In this document: positions 1-13,110 of the stretch, piece after piece
Layout of the letters: each line of letters opens with the position of its first letter
How positions within the stretch are numbered: the first letter of the stretch is position 1
Assembly (NCBI RefSeq): GCF_009914755.1
Contig: NC_060937.1
Reading direction: 5' to 3' (one strand)
DNA from: the human T2T-CHM13v2.0 reference genome, Homo sapiens
Length of the DNA: 64,000 nucleotides
The notes under the pieces: model-generated
Told to the model about the DNA's origin: nothing
Databases searched by the model: none
What the model saw: only the letters and a program-made list of their open reading frames with translations
Position numbers and translations under genes: made by a program

Positions 1-34
1 CGAGACCCTGTCTCAAAGAAACAAACAAAAAAAA
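1..34 (+). mobile_element. 3' end and A-rich tail of an Alu cut by the window edge
   Basis: cgagaccctgtctc followed by aaagaaacaaacaaaaaaaa matches the Alu 3' terminus. Confidence 0.8.
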
Positions 35-469
35 CTTGTTTTCTGTCTTTCCAGCTGGAAGGATTAACAACAAAAGGACACGTGGTTTTCTCATCCATTT
101 CTATATCACCAAGAACTACAACACGGTGCCCCCAACATAATAATTACTCAGTATATGTTTCTCAATAGCATTAAATACATTAATTATAGATAAAAGTTAA
201 AATGGCTAGTCAGTGTTAGATCTATATGATAGCAACATATACTCAACTATTTTTTTTAAAGCATCATTTCTGGATAAGTGTATTGTTCATGGTAAAATAG
301 TAAAACGGAAGGAAAAAGAGAAACTATTGCAGAGAACTGTGTATACTGTAGTATTTTTAGGTTAAAATAATGAAAATATATCAATATAAATAAAATTGAA
401 CAAATCAATTTGTTACTTGATCACTTGAAAAATTCGGAATATATTTTCACCAAGATCAGTAGCCATTTT

Positions 470-2350
470 AGGGGTTATCTCAGACTTGTCTGTTATTCTG
501 TCCTAAATTTAATGACATACTCTTATACCTAGCATCCACTAATACTTTTTTTGTTTCATGTATTCTATAATAATCCTATTAGGATATTTCTCAAGTTGAC
601 TGTTATAGGTCTATTTTCTCTTGTACATGGTGTGTACTGCCAAAATGTAGATGTAGGTCCTGTTTTTCCCAATATTTTTAGTATCATTTAAATTATTAAC
701 CTCATACTATTTTTTATCCTTAAGAACTCATTTATATACATGGTAGCTTGTCTTTGGCTATCTATAGTTTGAAATTCATTCCGATGTATTTTAACTGTTT
801 CATTTCCTTTTTACTTTCATAACTTCTGTAATGTTCATACTCTATATTATTTAACATCTCTACGATCAAATCTATTCCCCCTGTAATATAACTTTTACTT
901 TGGTTCCACTTTTACCTTTTTCTTTAATTTTTGACTTAAATCCTTTTAGTCATATTGTTTGGTCTTCTCTTTTCTCACTGCTCATGTGTTGTGATGTTCT
1001 TTTACATCTGGAAGTGTTTTTATTCTGACATTTTTTTTTCCCTACCAAAATTGTTTGATTCCTATTTTTAAACTTTTTTCTTTGTAGTAACTTATTGGAG
1101 ATTTTACATTGTTGGTTTTGTAGTTAATTTTGTTCATGTGTAAATTGGCTGGACTTTTTGGCTAAGATACTAGTAAAAAGTTCATTTAGAGAATGGAAAT
1201 TAACTTTGTTTTTCCAGGTTTCTCAGCTTGAAGTTGCTTTCTTCTTTGGCTACAAAGAAGATTATTATTATATTTGAAGTTTATGTAATATCATTTTATT
1301 AAGTTTTAGTCAACCCCTTACCAAAAGTCATTATAATTTACAGATTTGAATTCACTTTGGAATGTTTTAATTATTCACCTCTTTTGTCCACATTTTTCTA
1401 TTTTCTTTAATATAAAATATGGCTATTTCAAAATCCTTGGCTGCTAACTCTATATTGTTGCTATTTTTTTGCTTATCAATAACAATATCTCACATATATA
1501 CATATATATAGTATTATTTTGAATGTGGGTGCACATTGTACAACTGTATATACTATATATATAGTTGTGTATATATATATACATATATATGGTAATATTT
1601 TGAATGTGGGTGCATTTTGTACAACTGTGTCTTGGCATATTGGGTAATGTAGAGTAGCCAGATGATCCCTTTCACAAGAGAGTTTTCCCATTTTCTTCTG
1701 TTAAGCAGATGAGAGACTGATCACTTCGATCTAATTTGTATACGAGCTTGGCTGGTGTTTGTTTACACCTTAAAAATATATATTTCCATCTCTCCCCTGT
1801 TTCTTGGACTTGGATTTCTTTATCAAACCTTATAAGTCTTTGTCTTTTGACTCTGACGTACTGAAAGAGATTCGTTTAAGACTTCTGAAGCTTTCAAGCT
1901 CAGTTATTTAGCCTCCCTCCTCAGACAGAATCCAAATTGGCCAACATTTTAGGGGGTTGAACAGCTTTGTATTTGTCAGGCCCCTCCCTCTAGTAGGATT
2001 TTGTATGTTTGATAGTGAATAACTGCAGATTTCTCTTTGCCTTTTAAAAGATTCTTGCAGAGGTCAGTAGGCTCCTGCATAACTCCATACCTCAATTTGG
2101 GCCTGCTTACCACAACCATTTGTACAGTTGTGTAGCCTTTATCTCCTAAGTGGCCAAATAGCCTTATGTAATAGCCCCTTAAAACATCGGTAGTTTCTGT
2201 CCCCCAGCAGACCCTCTGTTTGAGACAAGCATTATTCTTAGGTCATATCCAGCACTGGCCAGTGCCGCCATTGATGAAAATGGCTGGCAAGAGTCCATTA
2301 GCCTCAGAAGGGTTATTACCTCCTTGGAATTCAGCTTTCCTAGTTCTTGT
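470..2350 (-). mobile_element. Probable highly degraded ancient L1 (L1M) remnant
   Basis: T-rich + strand with short L1-antisense-like motifs (tctcagcttgaag, gctatttcaaaatccttggctgctaactc); boundaries very uncertain. Confidence 0.35.
1494..1628. repeat. Two-copy 54-bp direct repeat (period 81) with TA-rich spacer
   Basis: atatatacatatatat(a/g)gta(t/a)tattttgaatgtgggtgca(ca/tt)ttgtacaactgt at 1494-1547 and 1575-1628. Confidence 0.9.
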
Positions 2351-2481
2351 TATGCATTTCCAGTCTTCTTTTCTAGATCCTTCTTCTGTATCTGAACTCT
2401 AAATATGGGCTTGGTCTAAATCAGGAACTGAGCCATTTTTCCTCTTGGCTTCCACAGCTTGGAGGTATCTTTAAATGTATA

Positions 2482-2934
2482 CAGTTGATCCTTAAACAAC
2501 ACAGGTTTGACCTGCAAGGCTCCACTTGGATGCAGATTTTGGATGCAGATTTTCTTCCCACCTCTGCTTCTCCTGAGATAACAACACCAACCCCTCTTCT
2601 TCCTCGTCCCCGAGTCTACTCAACATAAAGATGACAAGGATGAAGGCCTTCAATAATGATACACTTCCAGCTAATGAATAATATATATATGTTCTCTTTC
2701 TCATGATTTTCTTAATAATATTTTCCTTTGTCTACCTTACTTTATTGTGAGAATAGAATACATAGTGCATGTAACATTCAAAATATATGTTAATTGACTA
2801 TTTGTCATTGGTTAGGCTTCCAGGCAAAAATGGGCTACCAATAGTTAAGTTTCTGCGGAGTCAAAAAGTATATGCAGATTTTTTAACTGTGCAGGGTGTC
2901 ACAGCCCCTAACTCTGCTTTGTTCAAAGGTCATG
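2482..2934 (+). mobile_element. Tigger2a (MER28)-like TcMar-Tigger non-autonomous DNA transposon
   Basis: Terminal inverted repeats cagttgatccttaaacaa...ttgttcaaaggtca(..)tg flanked by TA; internal text (gatgaaggccttcaataatgatacacttccagctaatgaata...ggagtcaaaaagtatatgcagatttt) follows the Tigger2a consensus; ~450 bp. Confidence 0.85.
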
Positions 2935-3140
2935 TATGTGAGTATGTACATCTCTTTGTGCATACATCTGTATATGTATGTGTGTGTATGTGCGTATGTA
3001 TATATGTATATTAACATAAAATTATTATGTTTATATACATACAACATTATGGTTATATACATGTATACATATATACACACATATACATATCATTTTATGT
3101 TTATATATACATAATAATAACATAATAAACATAATAACAT
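2935..3140. repeat. (TA)n/(TG)n/(CATAATAA) low-complexity simple repeat
   Basis: Runs of tatatgtatgtgtgtg, atatacacacatatac and cataataa units. Confidence 0.85.
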
Positions 3141-3525
3141 ATTTATCTAGATGTTACAACTGTACTATTGCGTTGCCTTGATCCACAAAAATTCTATACA
3201 GAAACAGAATTTTTTTTCTTCTTAACCACTGAATATATTTCAGGTTTTCTATCTCTTTACAATTTTCTGCTAAATACTGGGCAGTTTCTTTACATCTGCA
3301 TCATATTCATAAAGTGTAACTGTTTCTATCACTTATACAATTTATTTTTATCATAATTATATGGAATATTTTATTTGGTTATTTTTTTCTTGCTTTTATA
3401 TAGTAACTTACTTTTCTCACTATCTATATATTATTTGATTAATTCCTTATTTTAGCCACAACTGTTTTGTAGAGTCTTCTGGTTTTCAGTGGCATCAACT
3501 TGTTTCCTTAAGAAATGCAATAATG

Positions 3526-3835
<310 letters not shown>

Positions 3836-4036
3836 CTAAGGTTATTTGGCATGATCTCTTGAAAACTGAGTGTCAACATAGGAAGATGAGTGCACTCTTC
3901 TACTTTCCCCCTAAAACTCATGGTTGAACAAGTAGCTAACAAACAGCACATGTCCACCAGTAAATGTGTGAAGGAAGACCAAATTTATTCAGCCATCATT
4001 AACAGGGACAAGGATTATATTATTAGAGATAAGGAA

Positions 4037-4643
4037 TTTATTTATTTTTAACTTTTATTTTAAGTTCAGGGGTACATATGTAGGTTTGTTACATAGGTAA
4101 ACCTGTGTCATGGGAATTCATTTTACAGATTATTTCATCACCCGGGTATTAAGCCTAGTACCCATTGGTTATTTTTCCTGACCCTCTCCCTCCTCCCACC
4201 CTCCATGCTCCAAAAGGCCCCAGTATGTGTTGTTCCTCTCTATGTGCTCATGTATTCTCATCATTTAGCTCCCACGTATAATTGAGAATATGTGGTATTT
4301 GGTGTTCTATCCCTGTGGTAGTTTGCTAAGCATCAGGGCCTCCAGGTCCATCCATGTCCCTGCAAAGGACAAAAATCTCATTTGTTTTTATGGCTGCATA
4401 GTATTCCATGGTGTACATACACCGCATTTTCTTTATCCAGTCTATCACTGATGGGCATTCAGGTCTTTGTTATTTATTAGATCCATGTCTTTGCTATGCA
4501 TATGTCTTTAAAATAGAATTATTTTAGACACACCATGCATGTGTCTTTAAAACAGAATCATTTATATTTTTGTTGGTATATACCTAGTAATGGAATTCTA
4601 GACTAATGATATTTCTGACTTTAGGTCTTTGAGCAATCACCAC
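4037..4643 (-). mobile_element. 5'-truncated older primate L1 3' end (L1PA13-16/L1PB-like)
   Basis: T-rich tail then ttaagttcaggggtacatatgtaggtttgttacataggtaaac...; antisense L1 3'UTR and ORF2 end. Confidence 0.9.
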
Positions 4644-5887
4644 CCTAAATTTATTAAATTAACATTCAATTTAATAAATGTCTATTTTTTCAAAACTTTC
4701 AAATATCTAAAATGGCTAAACCTCATAGACAAAAGTAATTACATGTAGGTTTTGGAAATGACATAGACATTGTTCAATACTATATAACATTGAACTTATT
4801 TTAAAATGATCACTGGAGAGACTTTTTTTTTTCTTATTACAGAAACGTTCAGTCAGAATCATGTGTCAGTTAAGATAACAAATCAGAAATGTACAAAGCA
4901 AACAGATTTTATTCATATTATGAAAGTTAATTGAGCACACAATTATGTCAGCAATAACGTTTTGATTAAATTACTACTCATGAATTTGCCAAGTCATTAT
5001 GAATCATTAAACCCTCAATCACTTTTGCAAATCTGTTGCTACTACCATCTTTTTATTTTTATTTTCTAATTTTTGTCTTGGTTGTAATTTTAGGGATGTG
5101 TATATAAATATACTACTCATAGCAAGACAAGAAGTGAAGTAGTATGTATAAAAGCAATATGTAATTAAATCCCAATTAGATCATTTGTTTATTTTACAAA
5201 TAACAGACAGACCTAATATTTTAAGCAATAAAACATTTTGGTCAAATGAATAAAACATGCTTGGAAATACTTTTATCATCTTGATCACTTGCCTTTAGCT
5301 ACAGCATTGCAATGATTAAAAAGACAACCATTTTGCTGAATGACTTAAAAACTCACTGTTGATAAATCAGTTAAATTTGAAAGCATCTAAGGCCATAGTG
5401 TACAAGTTATTTTACCACTCTTTTCAAAGAACTATTTAAATATTTCTAGAATTAAGACATAAAATTGGTACAACAAAATGAGCACTATTTTGCAAACCAA
5501 TAACATGTTGAATTTTAAATTGGTTGTTGCTGCTGTGGGATGCAGAATCCATTCAGAAACTCAAGTGTGTCCATTGCCATTTATGCAGTTTGACAATTTG
5601 AGAAAAGATAATGAGGTTAATATAAAAAATACTGGCTATCTACAAATTCCTGCCATCCATTTTTATTTTATCCAGTATATTTTTTTCAACACCCTACATA
5701 CTGGGTAATTAATTATACATATTCCATCACAATTTGAGCCCATTGGTGACCCCAGCAGCCAGTAGACCCTTTTCTGAAATCAAAAGTGTAAATGCATGCA
5801 AATGTGGTGTATGTGACAATTGAAAGTGCCTAGCAATGACCTCATAAAGAATGACTCTTTTAGAGTTGCTATTTATAACTTATAAAT

Positions 5888-5890
<3 letters not shown>

Positions 5891-5919
<29 letters not shown>
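5891..5919 (+). repeat. Poly(A)29 tract not attached to a recognisable SINE/LINE
   Basis: 29 consecutive A in unique sequence. Confidence 0.95.
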
Positions 5920-5921
<2 letters not shown>

Positions 5922-6975
5922 CATTCTGAGCATAAATATCTGCAGTAGACAGTTTTGATTGGGTGCATCAGATGAGATTCTTTCATTTTGCCTCTTTGAA
6001 TGATTACTAACACAGTATTGCCCTCTGCAACCACAGTTCCTGAAGTAAATTAAGTCCTGCCAGTTAGAAGCAGCCTTGAGACATTTGAAATCATCTTCCT
6101 CTATGGCTGCTATCCATTCTTGAAGAGACAAAGGTTTCCTGTGGCAGCATTCTTATGTCATGTCCATTCTCCTGTTTTTTTGTATCAAAAGGCAGCTGCA
6201 ATAGTTCCAGCATTTTATATTGAACGGAACAACGGAAATCAAATAAATTTTGTTAATTAAATCATTTAAATGTGAAAATGAGCAAGCTACAAATGTCTAA
6301 AAATATTCTATCACATCCAACTAGGTGATCAAAGCAATCTATTCAATCCAGTTGGAATATGCATTGGAAAATATCAGAGCTAATTCATTGCTATCTGACA
6401 TAAAAAAAGAATTCCAGTCTAAAATTAAAAAGGCCTTCCTGAAATGAGAAAATATATGACACCTACAGAAACATGGTCTGAGTTACTGCAGAGAAAAGTT
6501 GCAAGCATTATCAAGATAATAATGATAATGCCTGTACTATGAAATATTAAGTTTATATAGTAAAGAAGAGGCCATAAAATAATTAGATTTAGGAAGTCAA
6601 ATATAAAATAAAGTCTCTGGAAATAACAGTAAACAAAGAAAAGGTGGATTTTATGGCACGCCCCCAGCCATGCCTATAAGTCATCTCTCAGGACAGAAAC
6701 AATCCGTCTTCAAAACGCTCCCCTAATGGAGGAGTGACAGTGTTTCCCTGAGCTCACCAGTCAGAAAAAAAATGTACATGTTCAGAGCCATTACAAAGTG
6801 GACAGTCCATTGACAAGTGATCCTGTAGCACATAACCTAGAGATGGCAGTAGTACCTAAACAAAATTATCAATGATCTCAAGTAGAACAAAGAGTTTAAA
6901 TGCAAGACAGATCTATAGGAATAGAAGTCCACTGGAATAATAATTCTCACTGCTTTGAAAGAAGATAGATTTTGT

Positions 6976-8061
6976 CAGGACATAGGCATGGGCAAAGACT
7001 TTGTGACTAAAACACCAAAAGCAATGGAAACAAAAGCCAAAATAGACAAATGGGATCTAATTAAACCAAAGAGCTTCTGCACAGCAAAAGAAACTACCAT
7101 CAGAGTGAACAGGCAACCTACAGAATGGGAGAAAATCTTTGCAATCTACCCATCTGACAAAGGGCTAATATCCAGATTCTACAAACAACTTAAACAAATT
7201 TACAAGAAAATAACAAACAACCCCATCAAAAAGTGGGCGAAGGATATGTACAGACACTTCTGAAAAGAAGACATTTATGCAGCCAACAGACATATGAAAA
7301 AATGCTCATGATCACTGGTCATTAGAGAAATGCAAATCAAAACCACAATGAGATACCATCTCAGGCCAGTTAGAATGGCAATCATTAAAAAGTCAGGAAA
7401 CAACAGATGCTGGAGAAGATGTGGAGAAATAGGAATGCCTTTACACTGTTGGTGGGACTGTAAACTAGTTCAACCATTGTGGAAGACAGTGTGGCAATTC
7501 CTCAAGGATCTAGAACTAGAAATACCATTTGACCCAGTGATTCCATTATCCAGTATATACCCAAAGGATTATAAATCATGCTACTATAAAGACACATGCA
7601 CACGTATGTTTATTATGGCACCATTCATGATAGCGAAGACTTGGAACCAACCCTAATGTCCATCAATGATAGACTGAATTAAGAAAATGTGGCACATATA
7701 CACCATAGAATACTATGCAGCCATAAAAAAGGATGAATTCCTATCTTTTGCAGGGACATGGATGAAGCTGGAAACCATCATTCTCAGCAAACTATTGCAA
7801 GGACAAAAAACCAAACACCGCATGTTCTCACTCATAGGTGGGAGTGGAACAGCAAGAACACATGGACACACGGCAGGGAACAGCACACACCAGGGCCTGT
7901 CGGGATGTTGAGGGCTGGGGGAGGGATAGCATTAGGACAAATACCTAATGTAAATGACGAGTTGATGGCTGCAGCAAACAAACATGGCACATGTATATCT
8001 ATGTAACAAACCTGCAAGTTGTGTACATGTACCCCAGAACTTAAAGTATAATAAAAAAGTA
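6976..8061 (+). mobile_element. 5'-truncated L1PA (about L1PA4-6); end of ORF2 plus 3'UTR
   Basis: ORF fragments 6955-7263, 7330-7656 and 7687-7911 translate to L1 ORF2p C-terminus ([41 protein letters not shown]) with stops; 3'UTR ends acttaaagtataataaa; TSD aagaagatag(a/g)ttttgt at 6959-6975 and 8415-8431. Confidence 0.95.
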
Positions 8062-8490
<429 letters not shown>

Positions 8491-8750
8491 TCATTGACAA
8501 ACAGCGGATAGCTGTACTGACCCTTGGTGTGCTGGATGATCTTGAAATTCTGCCATATATATGATTATCCATTCAAATCATGACTGATTACCAGGATGTC
8601 AGTAAAACTGACTGAGCAACAATATACCAACGATTTGGTTTCAATATGATTGTGATAGTAGCATGTGTTTTTCCCACTTAACTGTTAGATTATGTATTAC
8701 AGTTGCTGACCAAAAGAACATGTAAAAGAAAAACTTTAATGAGTATTCTC

Positions 8751-8784
8751 AAATTAATTTAATTAATTTAAATTAATTTAAATT
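8751..8784. repeat. AT-only (AATTAATTT)n-like simple repeat
   Basis: aaattaatttaattaatttaaattaatttaaatt. Confidence 0.8.
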
Positions 8785-8850
8785 GGGGCTGATACCAGAA
8801 ATCTGGCAACTTGATAGACCTTAGATAAGAAATGTTGGAAGATAGATAGG

Positions 8851-9287
8851 TTGATCTATGTATACATTGTAGAAAGAGTCAATCAAGCTAATTAACATAC
8901 TCATCACTTCACAAATACTATTTTTAGTGCTATAAGAATGTTAAAACCTATTATTTTAGCACTTTAGAAATTTACAACACATTATTTTTAACTGTGGTCA
9001 TGATGTAGTGTAATGTATCAGTGAAGCAACATTTCTCCACTCTGAGACTTTGTACTATTTAATCAACATTTTCCGTGTTCGCTTCCCTCTGCCTTTCTCT
9101 CAGCCTCCGGTAATCACATTTCTACTTTGTGTTTCTAGGAAGTCAAGTTTTTTTTAGATTCCACATATAAGTGAGACTGTACAGTATTCATCTTCCAGTT
9201 ATTTCAATTAGCACAATGTCCACCAGTTTCATTCATGTTGTCAGGAATGATGGAATTTCCTTTTTTTTTTTTTTGAGGCTGCATACT
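8851..9287 (-). mobile_element. L1MA-type 3' end (non-inverted part)
   Basis: tatgtatacattgt...tcaagctaattaacatactcatcac...ttttagattccacatataagtgaga...gaggctgcata = antisense L1MA 3'UTR. Confidence 0.8.
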
Positions 9288-9545
9288 ACACTGTTGGTGG
9301 GGCTGTAAATTAGTACAGCCATTTTGGCAAATAATATGAAGTTCCTCAATAAACTAAAAATAAAATAGCTATATTATTCAGCATCCTCACTCCTGGGTAT
9401 ATATCCCCAAAATCAAAATCTGTATGTCAAAGAGATATCTACACTCCCATGTTCATTGTGGCATTATTCACAATAGCCAAGATATGGAAGCAAACTAAGT
9501 GTTCATCAACAAATGAATAGATAAAGAAGATGTGGTGTGAATACC
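9288..9545 (+). mobile_element. L1MA ORF2 C-terminal segment, inverted relative to the adjacent piece
   Basis: acactgttggtggggctgtaaattagtacagccatttt...gataaagaagatgtgg is sense L1 ORF2-end sequence. Confidence 0.85.
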
Positions 9546-10049
9546 CAGAAAACTTCTCATATCACTACTCTGACAACATTGGCTATGTGACCATCAATAA
9601 CAGAAAGGGAGGCTAGGAAAGAAATAATCTGGCTTTGACAATTTTCATGATGAGAATAGGCAAGTGTAGTTAAGTGAGAGTATCTGCCACAATGATCCTC
9701 TATTATGTTTATGAAAATAAAATTTGAAATACTTCAGACTATTAAGACATACAAAATTAATCTAACGCATTGCATTAATGCACCCTCAGGTAATAAACTT
9801 TAATAAAAAACAGAATATTACTGATGTATGTGTGCACTCCAAGCACCATCTCTCTAGATTCACTCCCCTTCCTCCCCATCACAGGTAAACACTCACTTGA
9901 ATTGGGTGTTTATTATTCCATTTCACTTGTTTTTATTTTTATTTAATACACTGCACATACAAACACACACAGTGCGTATCCGTATACTGTGTATGTTAAA
10001 ATTCAAACAAACGTATATCTATATATCAAGAAAAAATAACAGTAAGATA

Positions 10050-10560
10050 AATTTACTAGACACCAGTTGGGCAAATGCTATAGAATCTGATAATACCAGT
10101 GGTTGATTAATCTATGCAGAAACAAAAACACTCACATGCGTCTGTTGGGGGTATAAATGATAAATTTATTTTGGAGAAAATTTGACACTATAAATTAATT
10201 GAAGATATACATAAATCGAATCCTGCAATTCCAGTTCTGGTAGAGGCACTAGAAAAATTTCCCATATGAGCAACAGGAGGAAGAACAGTAATAATCCTCA
10301 CAGTATTGCTTATTATAGAACCATTTGGAAACAGTTTTCGTTTTTTCAGATGAACAATGAATAAATAATAATGGATAAAAACTCATACACAAATGCAGAT
10401 AGCTCTATTTTGTTCATTTTAATTGCTTTGAATGTGTATGAATCTCACAAATATAGTATTGAACAAAATGCAATCATACAGAATTTAATATAATATCCCT
10501 TATAAAGTTTAAATACATCAAAGTGCTATTGTGTATCACTTTCATAGCATACAAGTATAA
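10050..10560 (+). mobile_element. Degraded ancient L1 (L1ME-like) fragment
   Basis: tctgataataccagt, ctgttgggggtataaatg, ttttggagaaaatttg, gcaattccagttctgg, gaatctcacaaatatagtattgaacaaa are L1ME ORF2-end/3'UTR-like motifs. Confidence 0.55.
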
Positions 10561-11059
10561 AAGAGGAGACATCATCTAAAGTCCATTAAGAGAGCTGTGA
10601 TTGCGAAGAAGTGACTGAAAATCATCATTTTTTTTCCTAGAACAGATACTGTAGTTAGGAATAGCATAAAAGAGATCAGGAGAGGAAAATTATCCCCAGA
10701 CAGTCACGTATCATTTATTCTAATAATCTGCCACACTCACATATGGACGGGTTGATATGAGCATGTTACATCTTCTAATGGGGGCTATAAATCAGCAAGG
10801 AGTGAACACACACGTGCACACACACAAACACACCCATATTAATTTACTGATTTTTGTAGTCAACATTATCAAAAATAGTGATGAGCCCTATGAACAGGAG
10901 GAGATGCAGCATATTTGATGGGTAATAATTTAAGTATAAATTAAATACCTAAAATTTTATTGTATTTTTATGCAAATTACTTTGGTCCTTATTTCAATTA
11001 TCTATTACTTGGAGAAAAAAACAGTCCAAATATTGAAGTTCAAAATAAATATGTATTGA

Positions 11060-11645
11060 AATACTTTACTTTTGGAGCAATTTATGCTTATAGCACAACT
11101 GAGCAGAAAGTACAGAGTTCCCATATACCTTCTGCAACCACCCATGTACAGCCTCCCCCATTATCAGCATCCCCCACCAGAGTGGTACAGTTGATACAAT
11201 GATGAACACATCATTATTTCCCAAAGTCAATAGTTCACCTTAAGGTTCACTCTTGGTGTTGCACATACTATGAGTTTGGACAATTCTATAATAGCATGTA
11301 TCCACCATTGTGGTATCATGCAGAGTAACTGCACTGCCCTAAAAATCCTCTGTGCTCTGCCCGTTCATCCCTCCCTCCCTCTTAACCTCTGGGAACCACA
11401 GACCTTCTTACTCTCTCGGTAGTTTCACCTTTTTCAGAACAGCATATTCAGTAGTTGGAATCATACAGCATGTGGGCTTTTCAGACTGGTTTCTTTCACT
11501 TAGTAATATTGCACCTCAGCTACCTCTATGTCTTCTCAAACTTTATAACTCATTTCTTTTTAGCACTGAATAGTATTTCATTGTCTGGATATACCAAAGT
11601 TTATTTATCCATCCACCTACTAAGGAAATTCTGATTGCTAACTAT
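11060..11645 (-). mobile_element. L1MC/L1MD-like 3' end
   Basis: gagcagaaagtacagagttcccatatacc...ccccaccagagtggtaca...ggttcactcttggtgttg...cactgccctaaaaatcctctgtgctctgcc...ttggaatcatacagcatg. Confidence 0.85.
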
Positions 11646-12631
11646 TTTTTATGATTCTTTGGTTTGATCTGATATTCTTCTGTTTTGCTTGCTGTTGGGT
11701 AGGCTGGCATTATGGCTGGCATGCCTGACAGTGTGGCACAGGCTGCCCATCAGGAACTCAGTTCTGACTGAGGGACAGTTTCCTCAGGGTTTCTTTAGGT
11801 AAATCCCTTCATGTGGCTGCATGTACTTCCTCACTGGCTGATTTTAAAGACCCCTTCTGAGTTCTAAATATGAATTTTTGAATCTTTAAATGGCCATACT
11901 ATTATTGCTTTAGAAATGTCCATAATGCTGCACCCTAGAACCTCTATATTATACTGTGAGGCAGGTCTTTCTCTACATTTGCCTGAGAGTTAGTAGCTGT
12001 GGATTAAAGTTATTACAATTTATAGAGGTTTATTGTCTCTCTGAATGACTCAATGAGGTGTATCCTTATGAACTTTAGCACACAGGTTCTAGGAGGTATG
12101 GCCATTAATATTTCAGAATTTGTTATAAAGAGTCAAATAGCCACACACTTGACTTCATCTTGATCCTAAGCATTTTTTTAACTGGCAGCACCCTAGATTT
12201 CATTTCTTCCTTAAGGCGGCCAGATAAAAAGCCTGGTAACAAGAAACAGTTTTATTTTTCAACCATACAAGTCATGTTGGAGAAATTTCCAGAAGATTCA
12301 CCTGAAAACCAAACAGTTCCTTTTTTAGGTCATTCTTCTTTACACGTGTTTAATTACAGACAGTGAACATAAGCCAAATGGCAACTTTCTGCCTGGAAAC
12401 ACATTTAGATCCAAGGTCCATTTGGAACTTTTTCAATCTTTTTTTTTTCATGGTAGTAAATAACATTATTTATATTTTATCAAGCCTCCAATACATACTC
12501 CCGCATTCCCTTTCCAGCCTTCTCTCTGCCATTCAGGTCTCTCAGATCCAAACTCAATGTCTTTTGCTGTTTGGTTGTCTGTTTGTTTTAATTTTCGTTG
12601 CAGCAGCATACTACACCCAAATGCAAATTTC

Positions 12632-13110
12632 TGGTTCAGTTATCAACTATATAACAATGCCCCCTGCCAGCTTATCTATTTAAAGCAAGAATAATTCATG
12701 GAATTTCACGATTCTGTGGGAAGCTTGGGTGGCTTTCCTCCTTCATTTGGTGTTAGCTGGGATACATAGATGCCTGGAAGGTCCCAAATGGCCTTAGTAA
12801 GAGGACTGAAGTTTTGAGTGCAAATCCATCTGTGGGGAGGATGTCTTGGTTGTCCTTAATGTGGGTCTCTCCATGTGGCTGCTTCTGCTTCTTCACAGCA
12901 TGGTGGCTATTTTTAGGAATTAGGACCATGCAGTGAAGACAACCTGTAGATCTCTCAAGACACACTGTCTGAAATTAGAGAGTGTAAATTATGCTATTTT
13001 ACTTATTCAACAAGTCTAAGGGTAATCCCAAATTTGAGGGGAGAGGAAATAGATATCACTTTTCAATAGAAAGAGTGGAAAAGGAGTTTCACCAATTTTA
13101 ATTAACCACA
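12632..13110 (-). mobile_element. Old MaLR LTR (MLT1H-J-like)
   Basis: ctcacgattctgtggg-like start, ctctccatgtggct...cttcacagcatggtggct core, aggggagaggaaataga and terminal accaca typical of antisense MLT1 LTRs. Confidence 0.65.

Noticed and set aside
2787-3114. ORFs rich in Y/I/M/C/V/H/T, also at 1450, 49199 and 54195
   Set aside because: Translations of (TA)n/(CA)n/(TG)n simple repeats.
4649-4679. 12-bp perfect inverted repeat (atttattaaatt/aatttaataaat); similar AT hairpins at 8751 and 27550
   Set aside because: A/T-only stems are expected in DNA this AT-rich; no RNA-gene or terminator context.
4822-4842. Strong-looking polypyrimidine tract plus AG acceptor
   Set aside because: No convincing donor or open frame downstream; such sites are common by chance in T-rich DNA.
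5880-6131. 83-aa minus-strand ORF in unique sequence
   Set aside because: Non-ATG start, ends in poly-Phe from the A tract, no recognisable domain or clear splice boundaries.
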